A DNA stretch of 64,000 bases from Nitrososphaerales archaeon (GCA_965197925.1 CBDAOC010000019.1:96001-160000); one strand, 5' to 3'. Numbered from the stretch's first letter, positions 11,772 through 23,370 are shown. Notes: generated from the letters alone by a model not told the origin. Numbers and translations: made by a program.

Positions 11772-14182
11772 TTGAGTAGTATTGTTGGTATAGGTCTATC
11801 GATTGGTATGTTCCTTGCCATGATTCTGGTAGCAGGTATAGGTAATGTCCATGCAGAGGAGAAGCTGAATACAGCGATCTTCTTGGAAGAGGTTCCTGAA
11901 AAAGTATTTGCTGGGGGAACCATAACGATCAAGGGAATCCTTGTGGTAGAGGATACTGGAGAAGGACTTTCAAAAGTCCATATAACATTAAGAAATGAGA
12001 ATGATTTGACCGGTGGAAATATAATTGCAACAGGATTTACAAATGACGATGGAAGATTTAGTATAAACTGGCATGTTGATTCGAAAGGAGAAGATCTCTT
12101 CGGAGTCTATGCAAATTACATGGGAGGCTCTCTTTATTCTGATTCTCAGAGTGAAAAATATACCATAAAAGTCGAAAGACTTCGTTTGGTAGTCTAGACC
12201 AACAAGAAAGCTTACGATAACGGCGATGACTTGATCATCTTTGGAAAGGGTAGACCTAATGACGATCTTTCTGTTTTTGTGACAACTTCTTTGGACGTGA
12301 CTCTTTTGGGTACCAAGATAACCATCAATGAAACGGGTCAGTTCGAGGCCAATCTTCTGACGTGGGGCGAGTCACACTACAAAGAACCCTCTACCTTATT
12401 CATGTAAGATCTATCAATGATCTTATGTCTTCCGACAGGGTGATGATTTTCCTGAATAAATCTACGTCTGCGCCACCTAATGGTACCCAAACCATCCTAA
12501 CCCTGGAACCTCTTCCTGCCAATGCCACCTATAATGATAATCAACTCTTCACGGGCCAGCTTACAACAGCAACAGGTTTGCCGATCATGGATGCGACCAT
12601 CTTGATAAAGCATAGAAACGAGACAAAAGATAAGGTAATAGCTAGGGGCATAACTTCTGATGGTGGAATATTCATCATCTACTGGAAGGCTCTACAGGTT
12701 GACTCGGACATCTTATCACTTCACGGAGGCTTTGAAGGCGGTAATGGGTTTCTTCCATCAACAAGTGAGGAATTCAACATTACCTTCAAGCCTCGAACCC
12801 TAACAATGGAGCTCAATAAGGTCAAATTTGGACCCAATGATCCCCTGATTGTATCTGGAATAGGCCCGAAGGAAAGGTTGAATATCAAGTTGATCGATCC
12901 CGAGGGCAATCCTGCTGTTACCGATAGCATACTCGTTCCTCCCAACGAAGGTTATGAAAAAACACTTATGCACTGGACCAGGTCCTCTTACTTATTCCCC
13001 GAGGGTCAGTATTCTGTGACGGTTGAGACAGAAAACTCTCCCGTACTTACTGCTTCCATGCCTCTTTATTTCGAAGAACCAAAACCATTATCCCAATACA
13101 AGATAGCAGGCACTATCTTCTATAAGGATCAAGATGGTACTAGACATGCTCTTGAGGGAGCAAAGGTAACTATGACCAGTCCGTATGGAGAGATAGAGTC
13201 CTACACTGATCGCTTTGGATACTACACCTTCAAGGATCTGCATTCAATAGTTGAAAATTTGGGCAAGACATATTCACTTGAAGTTGAGCTTGATGGCAAG
13301 TATTTCAAATTGATAGATGCTACAATCTCACAAGTAGTATCAAAGAGAAGCGGTCCTATCAAGTTTGATGGCAGCCTGCAGGATATATCCCTGGAGCCTA
13401 TATTTTTTTCAGATAAATCAGAAGCAGCAGCCGCAAGAATATTTGCTTTACAGAATGATGTTGTAAGGTTCTATACTGATGTTCTAGGTCTACAACCAAA
13501 GAAGATAGACATCGAGATATTCAGTGAGAAGACACCTAAGGGTAAGTATGGATACGAAACTGATAGAAAGATCCCAAAGATCTGGATAGGCAAGGGAACA
13601 AGCTCTCCTAGAAATCCATACACATGGGACACCCTAACACATGAATATACCCATTATATGCAGGGCCAGTATGCCAGCGTGGATCATTACTATGATATGA
13701 ATCATGGCGGCTTCAGCAATCCAACAACTGCAGATTCAATGGTTGAAGGATTTGCAAATTTCATGTCAGCGATCATCTCCCAACACTACGCGAAGGAGCA
13801 GGCAGGGAAGTTCTTAAAATACGATCTAGAGCACAACTTCAAAGTAGATTCTGTAAAATTTCTCTCAGAGGAGTTGGCGGCAGCTGGCATCTTTTGGGAT
13901 ATTTATGATGAAGGTATGAATGGCGAAGATGGTGATAAAATTTCTCTACCAATTGAGGATATATGGAAAATAATGATTGCAGAATATCAGTTCCCTTCAT
14001 ATCATGAGGACTCTGGATTTGATGCCATGAAGCGCAATGTATACTATCTTAAGGATCTACATTACATCCTTACCAAAGGAGAATATACCATGAAATTGGA
14101 TGAGGGGGTCGTAGAAGAGCTCTTCCGAAGCCATGGATTATTTGATGGCTTTACAGATCCAGAGAGACCGGGTAGAATATAG
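11772..14182 (+). pseudogene. Secreted Ig-like-repeat zinc metalloprotease, split by in-frame TAG (12195) and a frameshift (~12385)
   Basis: Signal peptide in the 11772 ORF. Reading continues past TAG as TNKKAYDNGDDLIIFGKG, paralleling the LNKVKFGPNDPLIVSGIG repeat downstream. HEYTH...EGFANF motif in 12362-14182. Confidence 0.7.
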
Positions 14183-14908
14183 AACCAATAGGAATTATAA
14201 TATATGTAAAAGGGTAATAGTATCTTTGGATTTATGTGCAATGGGATTGTAAGTAGTGTTTTCATATATAATAATACGATATTCTGAACTGCAAGGATGT
14301 CTATAGTATGTTCGATGACTCCGGCTATATTAAATAGATTTACATATGAAAATAGAGGTTTGAAATAAAAACCAAAATGAATCCGGCAATTATTGCAGTT
14401 ATTCCCACGTCTATTATATAATCGAATTCCTATACCCCTGTGAGCCTTCCAAAAATCCAATGTGTGAAATGGAAATAATAATTTGTAGGTACAAGCATGC
14501 TATCAGGTCATTCAATATAACAAGGATCATGAAGAAGAAGGTCGACAACAGAAATATGAACAATATGCTATTCAAATTTCTCTCTCCAAAACTGATTTCA
14601 TTACATGTCTTGTATTTCTGAAGTGAATTTTATATATTAAATCTTTTTATTAATAATTCACTGCATACTGACTTGGTTGTATATGATAAGCGGTTTTTAT
14701 GTTGCTCTCTAAATGCAATGTTGTTGCCCAGACTAAGAGATACTAGGGTATTCTTCTATCGTAACAACACATCAATTCTTCTTTTATCTATATATTCATA
14801 CCACTTTTACTACATTGGAGCGATGTATCTTCCACTCAAGTACAAAAAGAGAAATTAAAAAATTTGAGGTAAGTTAAATTCATTAATCTCTATTTACATA
14901 ATTATCAT

Positions 14909-16063
14909 ATGGGACCTAATCATCATTCATTTTTTGCAACATTTATTATAATCATTTTAAGTACCGTTTATCAAACAGCTTTCTCTTCACAGGGAGATCC
15001 TGAAATATTCTTCAACAGATCAGGATATGGTCCTTTTGATGATGTTTATATTGTAATGAGACACCAAAAGTCAAACTCTAATCCTAAAATGATAGAAATA
15101 TTAACCACATACCTTTCCACCCCGTCTATGTTAAAGGATCAGAAACCTGCTCAAGATCTATTGTTCAAGGAAAGGTCAGCAGATAGTGGGGTGTTTGAGG
15201 CCCGCATAAAGTTGACGCCTGACCCTATGCTCTGGCCAGGAGACATCGTTGTTCATCGGGATGATGACCTTATAATCGAATTCAAGACGATAGAAGGTCA
15301 ATTATTCACAGGACGTGCGGACGTTGATTATTATACAAGCGCAGCAATGTTTACAGAACCAACTTACAAAATTTCAGAATCGTCTAGGATAATAGTAATT
15401 GACGTTGATGAAAACCGGAATCCCTACACGTTCGACACCCTGAAGGTCATGGTTTGGTCAAGTACAGACAGGGGAGGATTATCATTAGTGCTGCGTGAGA
15501 CCGGGGCCGAAACTGGAATTTTTGAAGAAGTTATTACCTTCGTATTAGATGAACAAAGCACTAGAACCAGACTGAGGGTTTCTGAAGGTGATACCATAAC
15601 TGTAAAGTATACTGACAGAACACTTCCCCCGCCAGCTGCGTTGAGTGCGAATGGTTTCATGACTATCGAAGTAGAAGAATTATTTGCATCCGCAAAAATT
15701 GGATATTTGACATCCACACTTGAAAGAGCGGTTGCGTCGGAACCAAGAATTGTTGATGAGAAAGGAGAGATTCTCAAGTACGTTCCGGCAGGTCAGCAAC
15801 TGCTTATTCAGGTAGAGATAACTAATAGCCAGAATAGGAAACAACCATTCACATATATAATTCAGATAAAAGATGAATTTGGCTCAACATTGTCACTCTC
15901 TTGGCTAACTGGTGAGCTCCCACAAGCGGAATCGATCACAACAGGACAGTCTTGGATTCCTGATACTAAAGGTCTTTTTTCTGTTGAGGTATTTGTTTGG
16001 AAAAGCATTAATGATCCTCTAGCACTATCACCCGTTCGAAGCATGCAGTTAGCGGTCTCTTAA
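14909..16063 (+). CDS. Secreted S-layer-like protein (thaumarchaeal type)
   Basis: Signal peptide, repeated L.ETG..TG.FE domain, C-terminus LSWLTG.L....S....SWIP...G.F.VEVFVW.S...P.ALSP. Confidence 0.75.
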   Translation: MGPNHHSFFATFIIIILSTVYQTAFSSQGDPEIFFNRSGYGPFDDVYIVMRHQKSNSNPKMIEILTTYLSTPSMLKDQKPAQDLLFKERSADSGVFEARIKLTPDPMLWPGDIVVHRDDDLIIEFKTIEGQLFTGRADVDYYTSAAMFTEPTYKISESSRIIVIDVDENRNPYTFDTLKVMVWSSTDRGGLSLVLRETGAETGIFEEVITFVLDEQSTRTRLRVSEGDTITVKYTDRTLPPPAALSANGFMTIEVEELFASAKIGYLTSTLERAVASEPRIVDEKGEILKYVPAGQQLLIQVEITNSQNRKQPFTYIIQIKDEFGSTLSLSWLTGELPQAESITTGQSWIPDTKGLFSVEVFVWKSINDPLALSPVRSMQLAVS

Positions 16064-16195
16064 AGGAGGTAAAATTACATTTCTTACAACAGATCTTTAG
16101 AACGAGGGCATATTTTTCTGATTGTAGGTACTATTCTTTTCATTGGCGGTATTGTTACTACAGGAGTATTTGCTAGTTCATTTGTTCCACACTTC

Positions 16196-17110
16196 TTGAA
16201 GGAGAGTATCCAAATAACAAAAGGTACAATATTGCCAGAATCATCCACTAGCTCTGCGATCCTTTTAGAAGGGGAAGAGACGAATGTTGCAGTTATTGTG
16301 CACTCTGATCCTTCATCCATTCCGATGATTGTACAGATTAAAGACCCCAAGGGATTTTCTGTTTCTGATTCTAAGTTTAATGGTGAGTTGATCACTACAT
16401 TTAGATCGAAGACCAGTGGAGAATATCTTATTACAGTCACAAACGGTGAAGCTGAATCAGTAAATATCGATAGCGTTTACGCTAAGGTTCCGTTCACAGG
16501 CGGAAACGTTCTACCCGAAGTTCGTGCACTAGGGGGTGTACTGATTGGTACTGGGGTCATGGTCGGAGGTGTTATCGTCCTCATTATAGGCGGAATTATT
16601 CTAGCAAGTGGGCGAGGAAAGGAGGAAATAGACGCTGGTGACTCTGGCGAATTATTTATTGCTAAATGGAGTGATAGGTTTTTCGCTTGGTTGATTGACT
16701 TTGCAATCATAATGATTTTGATGGAAACGATTCTCCATGCTTTCTCTCTTTCATTTTGGTCTGGTGGAGATCCTGCCTCTTGGTTTAGCAGAATAGGGTC
16801 AATGGATTATCTTATTCGAAGCTTAATATTCTTTACATATTGGACATACCTTGAATCAACTAAAAGTCAATCTATTGGTAAGATGATTCTACACTTGAAA
16901 ACAGTAGACATCGCTGGAAAAAGTGCGGGCGTTAGGAATATCGCACTTGCAACCTTCGGCAAATGTTTTATCCTTCCCGTCGACTTGATTCTGGGTTTGT
17001 TGTTCACAAATGAGAAACGACAAAGAATTTTTAACAGGGCAAGTAACACGATCGTGATCAAGGTAAAACAACAGGAAGCTACCAGTAACATATCCTATAC
17101 GAAGGAGTAA
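16196..17110 (+). CDS. RDD family membrane protein with N-terminal extracellular domain (frame open from 16073)
   Basis: A.W..RFFAWLIDF, Y....E....QSIGK....LK.VD, KRQRIFNRASNTIVIK. Confidence 0.82.
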   Translation: MKESIQITKGTILPESSTSSAILLEGEETNVAVIVHSDPSSIPMIVQIKDPKGFSVSDSKFNGELITTFRSKTSGEYLITVTNGEAESVNIDSVYAKVPFTGGNVLPEVRALGGVLIGTGVMVGGVIVLIIGGIILASGRGKEEIDAGDSGELFIAKWSDRFFAWLIDFAIIMILMETILHAFSLSFWSGGDPASWFSRIGSMDYLIRSLIFFTYWTYLESTKSQSIGKMILHLKTVDIAGKSAGVRNIALATFGKCFILPVDLILGLLFTNEKRQRIFNRASNTIVIKVKQQEATSNISYTKE

Positions 17111-17381
17111 ACCAAAGGCATGTATAATTTACAATATCGTCAAGAAAAGATATTATTCGCATGTCAAACAAAATAACATATACTTTGATAAACTAGCTTT
17201 GATTCGTCTATGGACTTGTAATTCTCTGTCAAGTTATCTAATAAATCTATTTAATCTTTAGTGAAAATCTTAGTAATAACAAAGAGCTGTGATTCAATTC
17301 CAAGTGCTTTCTCTTTTATCGTATTATGTATTAAATTACCACATTCCTTTACTCATAGGGTAGAAAAATATAAGAAAAAGC

Positions 17382-17627
17382 TCATCCTCCGAAGTTCTGT
17401 ATTATGCTTCCACATAGCATAACATACAAGGGGTGCCAAATTAGGTGAATTATTGCCGCCGGTATGACTTGTTCCAACGCAATGTTGCGCGTGTTCAACT
17501 CTTCAAATGGTTTGTTTGGTCTTTTAATAGGCTCTCCCCTCTCGCGATTGAAATGGGGTATAGAGAAGAAAAAGATTTTGAACGGTACTATCGCTAATAC
17601 TATAGTCAATACGAAAGTAATCACCAA
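17382..17627 (-). CDS. Small hypothetical membrane protein or fragment
   Basis: Hydrophobic ORF only. Confidence 0.25.
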   Translation of the reverse strand: MVITFVLTIVLAIVPFKIFFFSIPHFNRERGEPIKRPNKPFEELNTRNIALEQVIPAAIIHLIWHPLYVMLCGSIIQNFGG

Positions 17628-17815
17628 GTAAAGTAAACATTGCCTGATTGAAGAATTATTAAAATAATATGGTGCGTTTTGGATTAATTAATCAAGTGTG
17701 TATTTTTAATTAATCAAGTGTATATTTTTAGGTTATTTCACTAGAGGCGGGTTAGGAATCAAGCATTTTGATCCCTCATTCGGTTTCCTGCTTTTGCCTT
17801 GGGTATTCTAACCCG

Positions 17816-18313
17816 TTAGATAATCCTGCCCTCCTTCTTTGCTTTGGCGTCTAGCGAAGCTCCAATCGCGGCGCCTATGCTTATTCCTATACCCATTCCG
17901 ATACCCATTCCGATACCCATTCCGATACCTACATTTCCAAGTACAACGCCAAAGACGAGGCCAAAGGAAACGCCAAATACCATGCCTATACTAGTTAGTT
18001 TCCCAACGTTCTCTCCGGTGATGACCAATTTGTGAAGTTTCTGGAGATGTTTTGTCATGGTGTTAATGACCCTTGAGTGGTTTTTGCGCTCTTCTATTGT
18101 CGTAGCTGGATCATCCAGGTTCCTGACAAGCTTTGTGATTTCCCCTCGAAACTGCTGGCATTCATCGCAGCCCATGGAGAAACTGTCGACTCTCTTCGCC
18201 ATTCTGAGAAGAAAATCCAACTTGTACTTCTTGTACGCCTTCTCGCCAAACTTATCCCTGTATCTCCTGATTTCTCCAGCAATCTCATCATACCAATCGG
18301 ACGAATTCGACAA
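17816..18313 (-). CDS. Hypothetical membrane protein with CxxC and glycine-zipper (GMGI)n C-terminus
   Basis: CDEC, GIGMGIGMGIGMGIG encoded by 12-bp tandem repeats, ends LDAKAKKEGRII; upstream RBS-like gaggag. Confidence 0.75.
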   Translation of the reverse strand: MSNSSDWYDEIAGEIRRYRDKFGEKAYKKYKLDFLLRMAKRVDSFSMGCDECQQFRGEITKLVRNLDDPATTIEERKNHSRVINTMTKHLQKLHKLVITGENVGKLTSIGMVFGVSFGLVFGVVLGNVGIGMGIGMGIGMGIGISIGAAIGASLDAKAKKEGRII

Positions 18314-18788
18314 TATCTGTTCACTCCTCTCTATGTAACCGTTTTTCTTATCATGTTGTGAGAACTCTTCAGTTGTGTCTTGTTAATCGTCTCCAAATAT
18401 AGTTTCCGTAGTCCTACTAACCATTCAGGCATCCTGACCAAAATATTTGGACTAATTTCTGCTGTCAAAATTTCGTTGGCACTATCTTCTCCTTTTCTAT
18501 TTCTGCTTTTATGCCAACCATGTTTCATAGCCGCAATTCAAATTTATTTTTACCGAACTGAACAAATGAACTGACCAAACTTGGAATTCATTTATCTTTA
18601 AATACATCAAATCAAAGTTTCAATTCCTCTCATTATCCTTGATGATGAGATGCAACATCATATGAGATTGGAAGAACAAAACCATCGCATCCATGCAACA
18701 AATGTTGACATGTTCATTGTCGTTCAATGGTGTATAATATGACAACTCCTAGATCAACATTATACTATCTAAGCTTAAGGATATTACA

Positions 18789-19202
18789 TTGCATCTATGG
18801 CTATCGACAAATATGTCAAACAACAAGTACGAAATAAAGAAGGGTATTCGAAATGGAGCGATTGCAGGACTCATTGCAGGACTGGTGTTAGCGGTTACTA
18901 TGTTTGGTACAAACACTCTGGACCTTCAAGTGCTATTGCCTACCACTCTAATCGTAGGTGCAATATATGGTGTGTTGACATCCAACGATAGTGTTAAACC
19001 AGTAAGAACCAAAGATGCAGTATCATTGGGTGTAATTACTGGATTGGTATCTTTCGCTGTAATAGCAAAGCTAGTATCAATACCATACATGGAATTGCTT
19101 GTGCCATTACTACAGTATGCTCTCTTTGGTGCCATCTTAGGTTGGATGACCTCATTACTGGCTAACAGGGAAGAGAAGCAGAAGATAGGCATCTATGCAT
19201 AA
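18789..19202 (+). CDS. Hypothetical four-TM membrane protein (likely start ATG 18813)
   Basis: GAIAGLIAG...GAIYG...LGVITG...ALFGAILG helices, followed by a T-rich terminator-like tract. Confidence 0.7.
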   Translation: MHLWLSTNMSNNKYEIKKGIRNGAIAGLIAGLVLAVTMFGTNTLDLQVLLPTTLIVGAIYGVLTSNDSVKPVRTKDAVSLGVITGLVSFAVIAKLVSIPYMELLVPLLQYALFGAILGWMTSLLANREEKQKIGIYA

Positions 19203-19548
19203 AGAAAGAGCCCGACTCGACTCCATATCTTTCCCTCTTTTTCTTTTTACTAATTCCTTATCATTTAAGATTTGCTTCTGTTATATCATAATTATCCTAG
19301 GCCACACTGCTATATGTGTCAAAGAGTTCGGTAGTTCAGTTGTAAAGCATTGTGATTTTCCAAGAGTCAGTTAGACAACTCTCCTTTTTATTTATAATTT
19401 TGATGTTTTTTATCTTTTGTAAATTCTATTGTCCACTAATTTCTAGTGCAATCCATTTGTGATAGAATAGATACTATCGTATCAAATGGTGTACTTTTAC
19501 CTATAACATACAAATTATATTTATGGAGACGAGATCGGGGGAAACAAC

Positions 19549-19570
19549 TTAGAGCTTATCCGAAAATTAA
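19549..19570. mobile_element. Solo IS terminal repeat
   Basis: tagagcttatccgaaaatt closely resembles the reverse complement of the IS end at 48600-48618. Confidence 0.4.
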
Positions 19571-20302
19571 CATCATAGCCTAATTGTTTATACCGAAACA
19601 GATCTAGAATATACGAAAACGTAAACTAGCCATTTTAAAATTTTGACAAATCTGACGACCATTATATGAATAAAAAATAATGAATGAATCACGCAAGGCA
19701 AGGTCATGATGAACTTTAGCAATTTAATCTGACCAAGTGATTGAATCAGAGCCTTATATAATTGAGTACTTAATGGTAGAACTTATATTGTTGGATTGCC
19801 TGAATCAAAAATTCTCTAGCTTGTTTATCTTCTACATACATATCTATAGATGAATCAGGTTTTGGTTTGAATCTAATACGCTTACAATTAGGATCATCGC
19901 ATTCTTCGCAGTTTGTTCAATATTACTGTTCAATATTACTACCATGCTTACTTCGGCAATGTAGCTAGTTATTCATTCTTCTTCATTCCCAACTTTCATC
20001 TGCACCACCTTTCAAAATCCTGAACTAGAACAAAAAATACTTATACACAATACCAATGCTGACACAGTTCCATTGTCTATAGATTATATTATCCCTGTCC
20101 CCAATCCGACTCCGTCATTATACATGAAATCATATTGTGCAGATGCTACAGCGTTTTTTGGATCGATTTCTTTACGGTAAGCATACGTACCTTTGCATAC
20201 GTCTATATGTCCGCTATAAAGTACATGTTTGTATTCTATATGTCCGTTATAACGGATACCCTTATATATCGGCTATAATTTAGTATTCCTCATTGGTACT
20301 AG

Positions 20303-20581
20303 GGGGTAGCCAAATTCAAAGATACACTAAATCCTGATCTTGAAAAACAGCTGAGGGAACTTGAGAAGGGGATAGCCAAATTCAAAGATACACTAAATCC
20401 TGATCTTGAAAAACAGCTGAGGGAACTTGAGAAGGGGATAGCCAAATTCAAAGATACACTAAATCCTGATCTTGAAAAACAGCTGAGGGAACTTGAGAAG
20501 GGGATAGCCAAATTCAAAGATACACTAAATCCTGATCTTGAAAAACAGCTGAGGGAACTTGAGAAGGTAACCAAATTCAAA
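20303..20581 (+). repeat. 66-bp coding tandem repeat, 4 copies plus a partial
   Basis: Unit (I/V)AKFKDTLNPDLEKQLRELEKG, in frame with the downstream ATPase. Confidence 0.95.
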
Positions 20582-20647
20582 AATGCGCCAAAACTACCGA
20601 GTGACGAGGAGATCCTTAGAATCCTCTATCATCACAATCCTTGGTGG

Positions 20648-22045
20648 ATGAAGAAGCCTATACCGGAAGCCAAACTCAAAGATTTCAAAAGGCGTGACTA
20701 CCACAAACTACTTGAACAATTACAGAATGATAAGATAGTAGCCATAATAGGTGCCAGACAGGTCGGGAAAACGACATTAATATACCAGTTGATCAACGAA
20801 CTAATTTCTAAGACAAATCCACAAAATATTTTCTTTCTGTCTTTAGATGACCCGTATCTTAATGTGACATTTCAAAGTTTGGGGAAGATATTTGATCTGT
20901 ATGCTAGAACCATCATCAAAAAACCACTCGATGAAATTAAGGATCGGGTTTACTTCTTCCTAGATGAAATTCAAGCAATCGATAGGTGGGAGCTCGTGCT
21001 GAAACGTTGGTTTGACCTAGGTTATAAAATCAAGTTTGTTATATCAGGCTCATCAAGTGTTAGCATATTACATGGAACTTCAGAAGCCCTTGTTGGCCGT
21101 ATCAGGCCACAAATTGTTTTACCCATGAAATTTTTGGACTATGTTAGATTCAAGGAGCATGATGAAATTGGTAAAATCGTTAATACGACCAATTGGGATA
21201 TGCGGCGAGCCCTTAGGTATGCCCTAACAGAAAAAGAGCCAGATAATTTTTACGAAATGCTAAGAGAGGAATCCAAGGCTTTAGCAGGTGTAAAAGATAA
21301 AATGCTTGCGCATCTTCAACAATATTTTCTCAAAGGGGGTTATCCGGAGATGGTACCCATTGATGATATAGTTACATGTGCAAAAAATCTTTTGGATTAT
21401 TTGTATTTGACGATATACAAGGATATATTACGAACTAATAAAGTAAGAGATCCCGCAGCACTGGAAAATCTGTTTGCAATATTGGCAAGGGAATCATCAA
21501 ACAGAATCAACCGTACGAAATTAGCAAAAAATCTTGATCTCAAGAGGGAGACTTTGAATACCTACATCTATTTACTGAACAACGCTTTCCTCATCTCTGA
21601 AGCTGAATTTTATTCAAACAGTAGGGTTAAGAGAGCAAGAAGAGAGAAAAAAATGTATGTAAATGATATAGGAATTCGAAACGCAGCTGCATCTACATTT
21701 GACGAACAAATACTAACGAATACAACTGAATTAGGAAAGATCGCTGAAACAGTCATTGCAGATCATACAAGACGACTGCAATTCAACTTGGAACCATCTC
21801 ATGTTCCAAAAATATTCTACTGGCGAGACGTATATGAGGTTGACATGGTGATAGATTTATTCCAGAAATCATTACCAATGGAAATAAAATACAGGGAAAA
21901 TATATCCAATTCAGATTTAAGAGGGCTTGAAGACTTCAATAAGAAATTTAGAACACCGTTATCATTGATGATCACCAAGGATTATCTTGATATGCAGAAT
22001 TCAATCATATTCATACCAGCTTGGCTTTATCTGATTCTATGTTAA
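20648..22045 (+). CDS. AAA+ ATPase (AAA_14) with DUF4143 C-terminus; frame open from 20303
   Basis: GARQVGKTT, FFLDEIQ, ISGSSS, LVGR, GGYPE, K.Y..DIG.RN, YEVD.V......PMEIK; conserved NPWW lies just upstream of the called ATG. Confidence 0.92.
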   Translation: MKKPIPEAKLKDFKRRDYHKLLEQLQNDKIVAIIGARQVGKTTLIYQLINELISKTNPQNIFFLSLDDPYLNVTFQSLGKIFDLYARTIIKKPLDEIKDRVYFFLDEIQAIDRWELVLKRWFDLGYKIKFVISGSSSVSILHGTSEALVGRIRPQIVLPMKFLDYVRFKEHDEIGKIVNTTNWDMRRALRYALTEKEPDNFYEMLREESKALAGVKDKMLAHLQQYFLKGGYPEMVPIDDIVTCAKNLLDYLYLTIYKDILRTNKVRDPAALENLFAILARESSNRINRTKLAKNLDLKRETLNTYIYLLNNAFLISEAEFYSNSRVKRARREKKMYVNDIGIRNAAASTFDEQILTNTTELGKIAETVIADHTRRLQFNLEPSHVPKIFYWRDVYEVDMVIDLFQKSLPMEIKYRENISNSDLRGLEDFNKKFRTPLSLMITKDYLDMQNSIIFIPAWLYLILC

Positions 22046-22163
22046 ACTCCTAAATTGATGCCGGCCGAACTTTCTAGAGATGCTGATAATTATATAAACT
22101 GCTTTATATTGGTCAAGCATATTATACGATTTAATATGGAAAAAAGGGATTTGGATATGATGG

Positions 22164-22358
22164 TTGCAGAAGACCTGCAACATATCCCCAAAAGGAGACG
22201 ACATTCAGGGCGAGCTTCGAATGTTGTATAATGCTATAAGACGACATGATCTGACAGTTGGCGATTCGAAAGAGCAGATTTTATCTCATTGTCTTGAAAC
22301 ATTAAAACAAGATATCCCGATCAACAGCCCATTTACGACAGAAGCTTCTTCAGGTTAA
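22164..22358 (+). CDS. Small hypothetical protein
   Basis: ORF only. Confidence 0.25.
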   Translation: MQKTCNISPKGDDIQGELRMLYNAIRRHDLTVGDSKEQILSHCLETLKQDIPINSPFTTEASSG

Positions 22359-22530
22359 TTATTGAATAAATTAATTATCTCCCTACAGTTAATCGCTAAT
22401 TTGGGTGACGATTACCTCCCTTAGTTACAAGAACTAAATACAATATCACTTGTAAAGTATGATACAAGTCATATACATTCATTTATGCCTAGCCGCCTCA
22501 TAACTAAAAAAGAGATAGGGTTTGGTTCGC

Positions 22531-22761
22531 TTACCGGTAATCTGCAAATCCACCAAACATGCTAAACAGCGCAAAGAATAATCCCACTGGGAGTATTCCT
22601 ATTACAGTCCAAGCATAGGACTTTGCATTGGCACATGCCCTGACACCGTCGCCCTCTGTTGGGCAAGCGATTGCTCCGTCAATATTGGAGTAGATCAGGA
22701 TACCAATTATGATACCTGTTGCGACCCCAATAAATCCCATTACGAAAGGAAGGTTTATCAT
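22531..22761 (-). CDS. Candidate spindle-shaped virus major capsid protein-like (two hydrophobic helices)
   Basis: 76 aa from ATG 22761: hydrophobic helix, short loop with two Cys, hydrophobic helix; own TATA-like box at ~22793-22800. Confidence 0.55.
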   Translation of the reverse strand: MINLPFVMGFIGVATGIIIGILIYSNIDGAIACPTEGDGVRACANAKSYAWTVIGILPVGLFFALFSMFGGFADYR

Positions 22762-23370
22762 TTGTGTTTCTGATCGAATTGCCAAAGAGATGATATATTA
22801 AAGAAAATAATTTAGTATATTAATGAAATTAGTTTTGTCAGTGATTGGTAAAATTCTCCTGTTCATCTTTTTTGTTCCGTAGGAACCTGTTAGGTTATGA
22901 CGTTGAATTTTGTCAATGATGTTATCATGAATTGTTAAAAAATGAGTTGGGAAATTATCACGTTTGTCTGTGCTATTTTCTTTTACCCGTTCATAATTAC
23001 TTCATCACCTTTCTTGTGTATGTCAGGATCTTGTCAGTCATGACGATAGCTATGTCCTGCTTTGTATTTCCTACCTTTCTTACATCGATGACCTCGCATG
23101 TCTATTTGTGTCTCCCGAACATCCTCTCATTGACCGTGCTAATGTACTTTGTACCATCTCTGTGTATGTTGCTAAAATACAGCCCGTGGTTACCGTAAGG
23201 ATTTTTTGTTCACATTGGTTTAAGATGTCGTGTGATGATATATTAAAGAAAAAAGGAAGACTCATTTTCATAATCCAAGTGCCTCATAAATAGCGTCATC
23301 CTGTTTCTTCGTCTTGCGCTTGGAGGTCTGCTTTTCCTTGTATTTTTTTATGATGCTGCTTATCCAATCC

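Noticed and set aside
20303..20581. CRISPR array, or the minus-strand 93-aa ORF
   Set aside because: Units are near-identical without spacers; the plus frame joins the ATPase, so the minus ORF is a shadow
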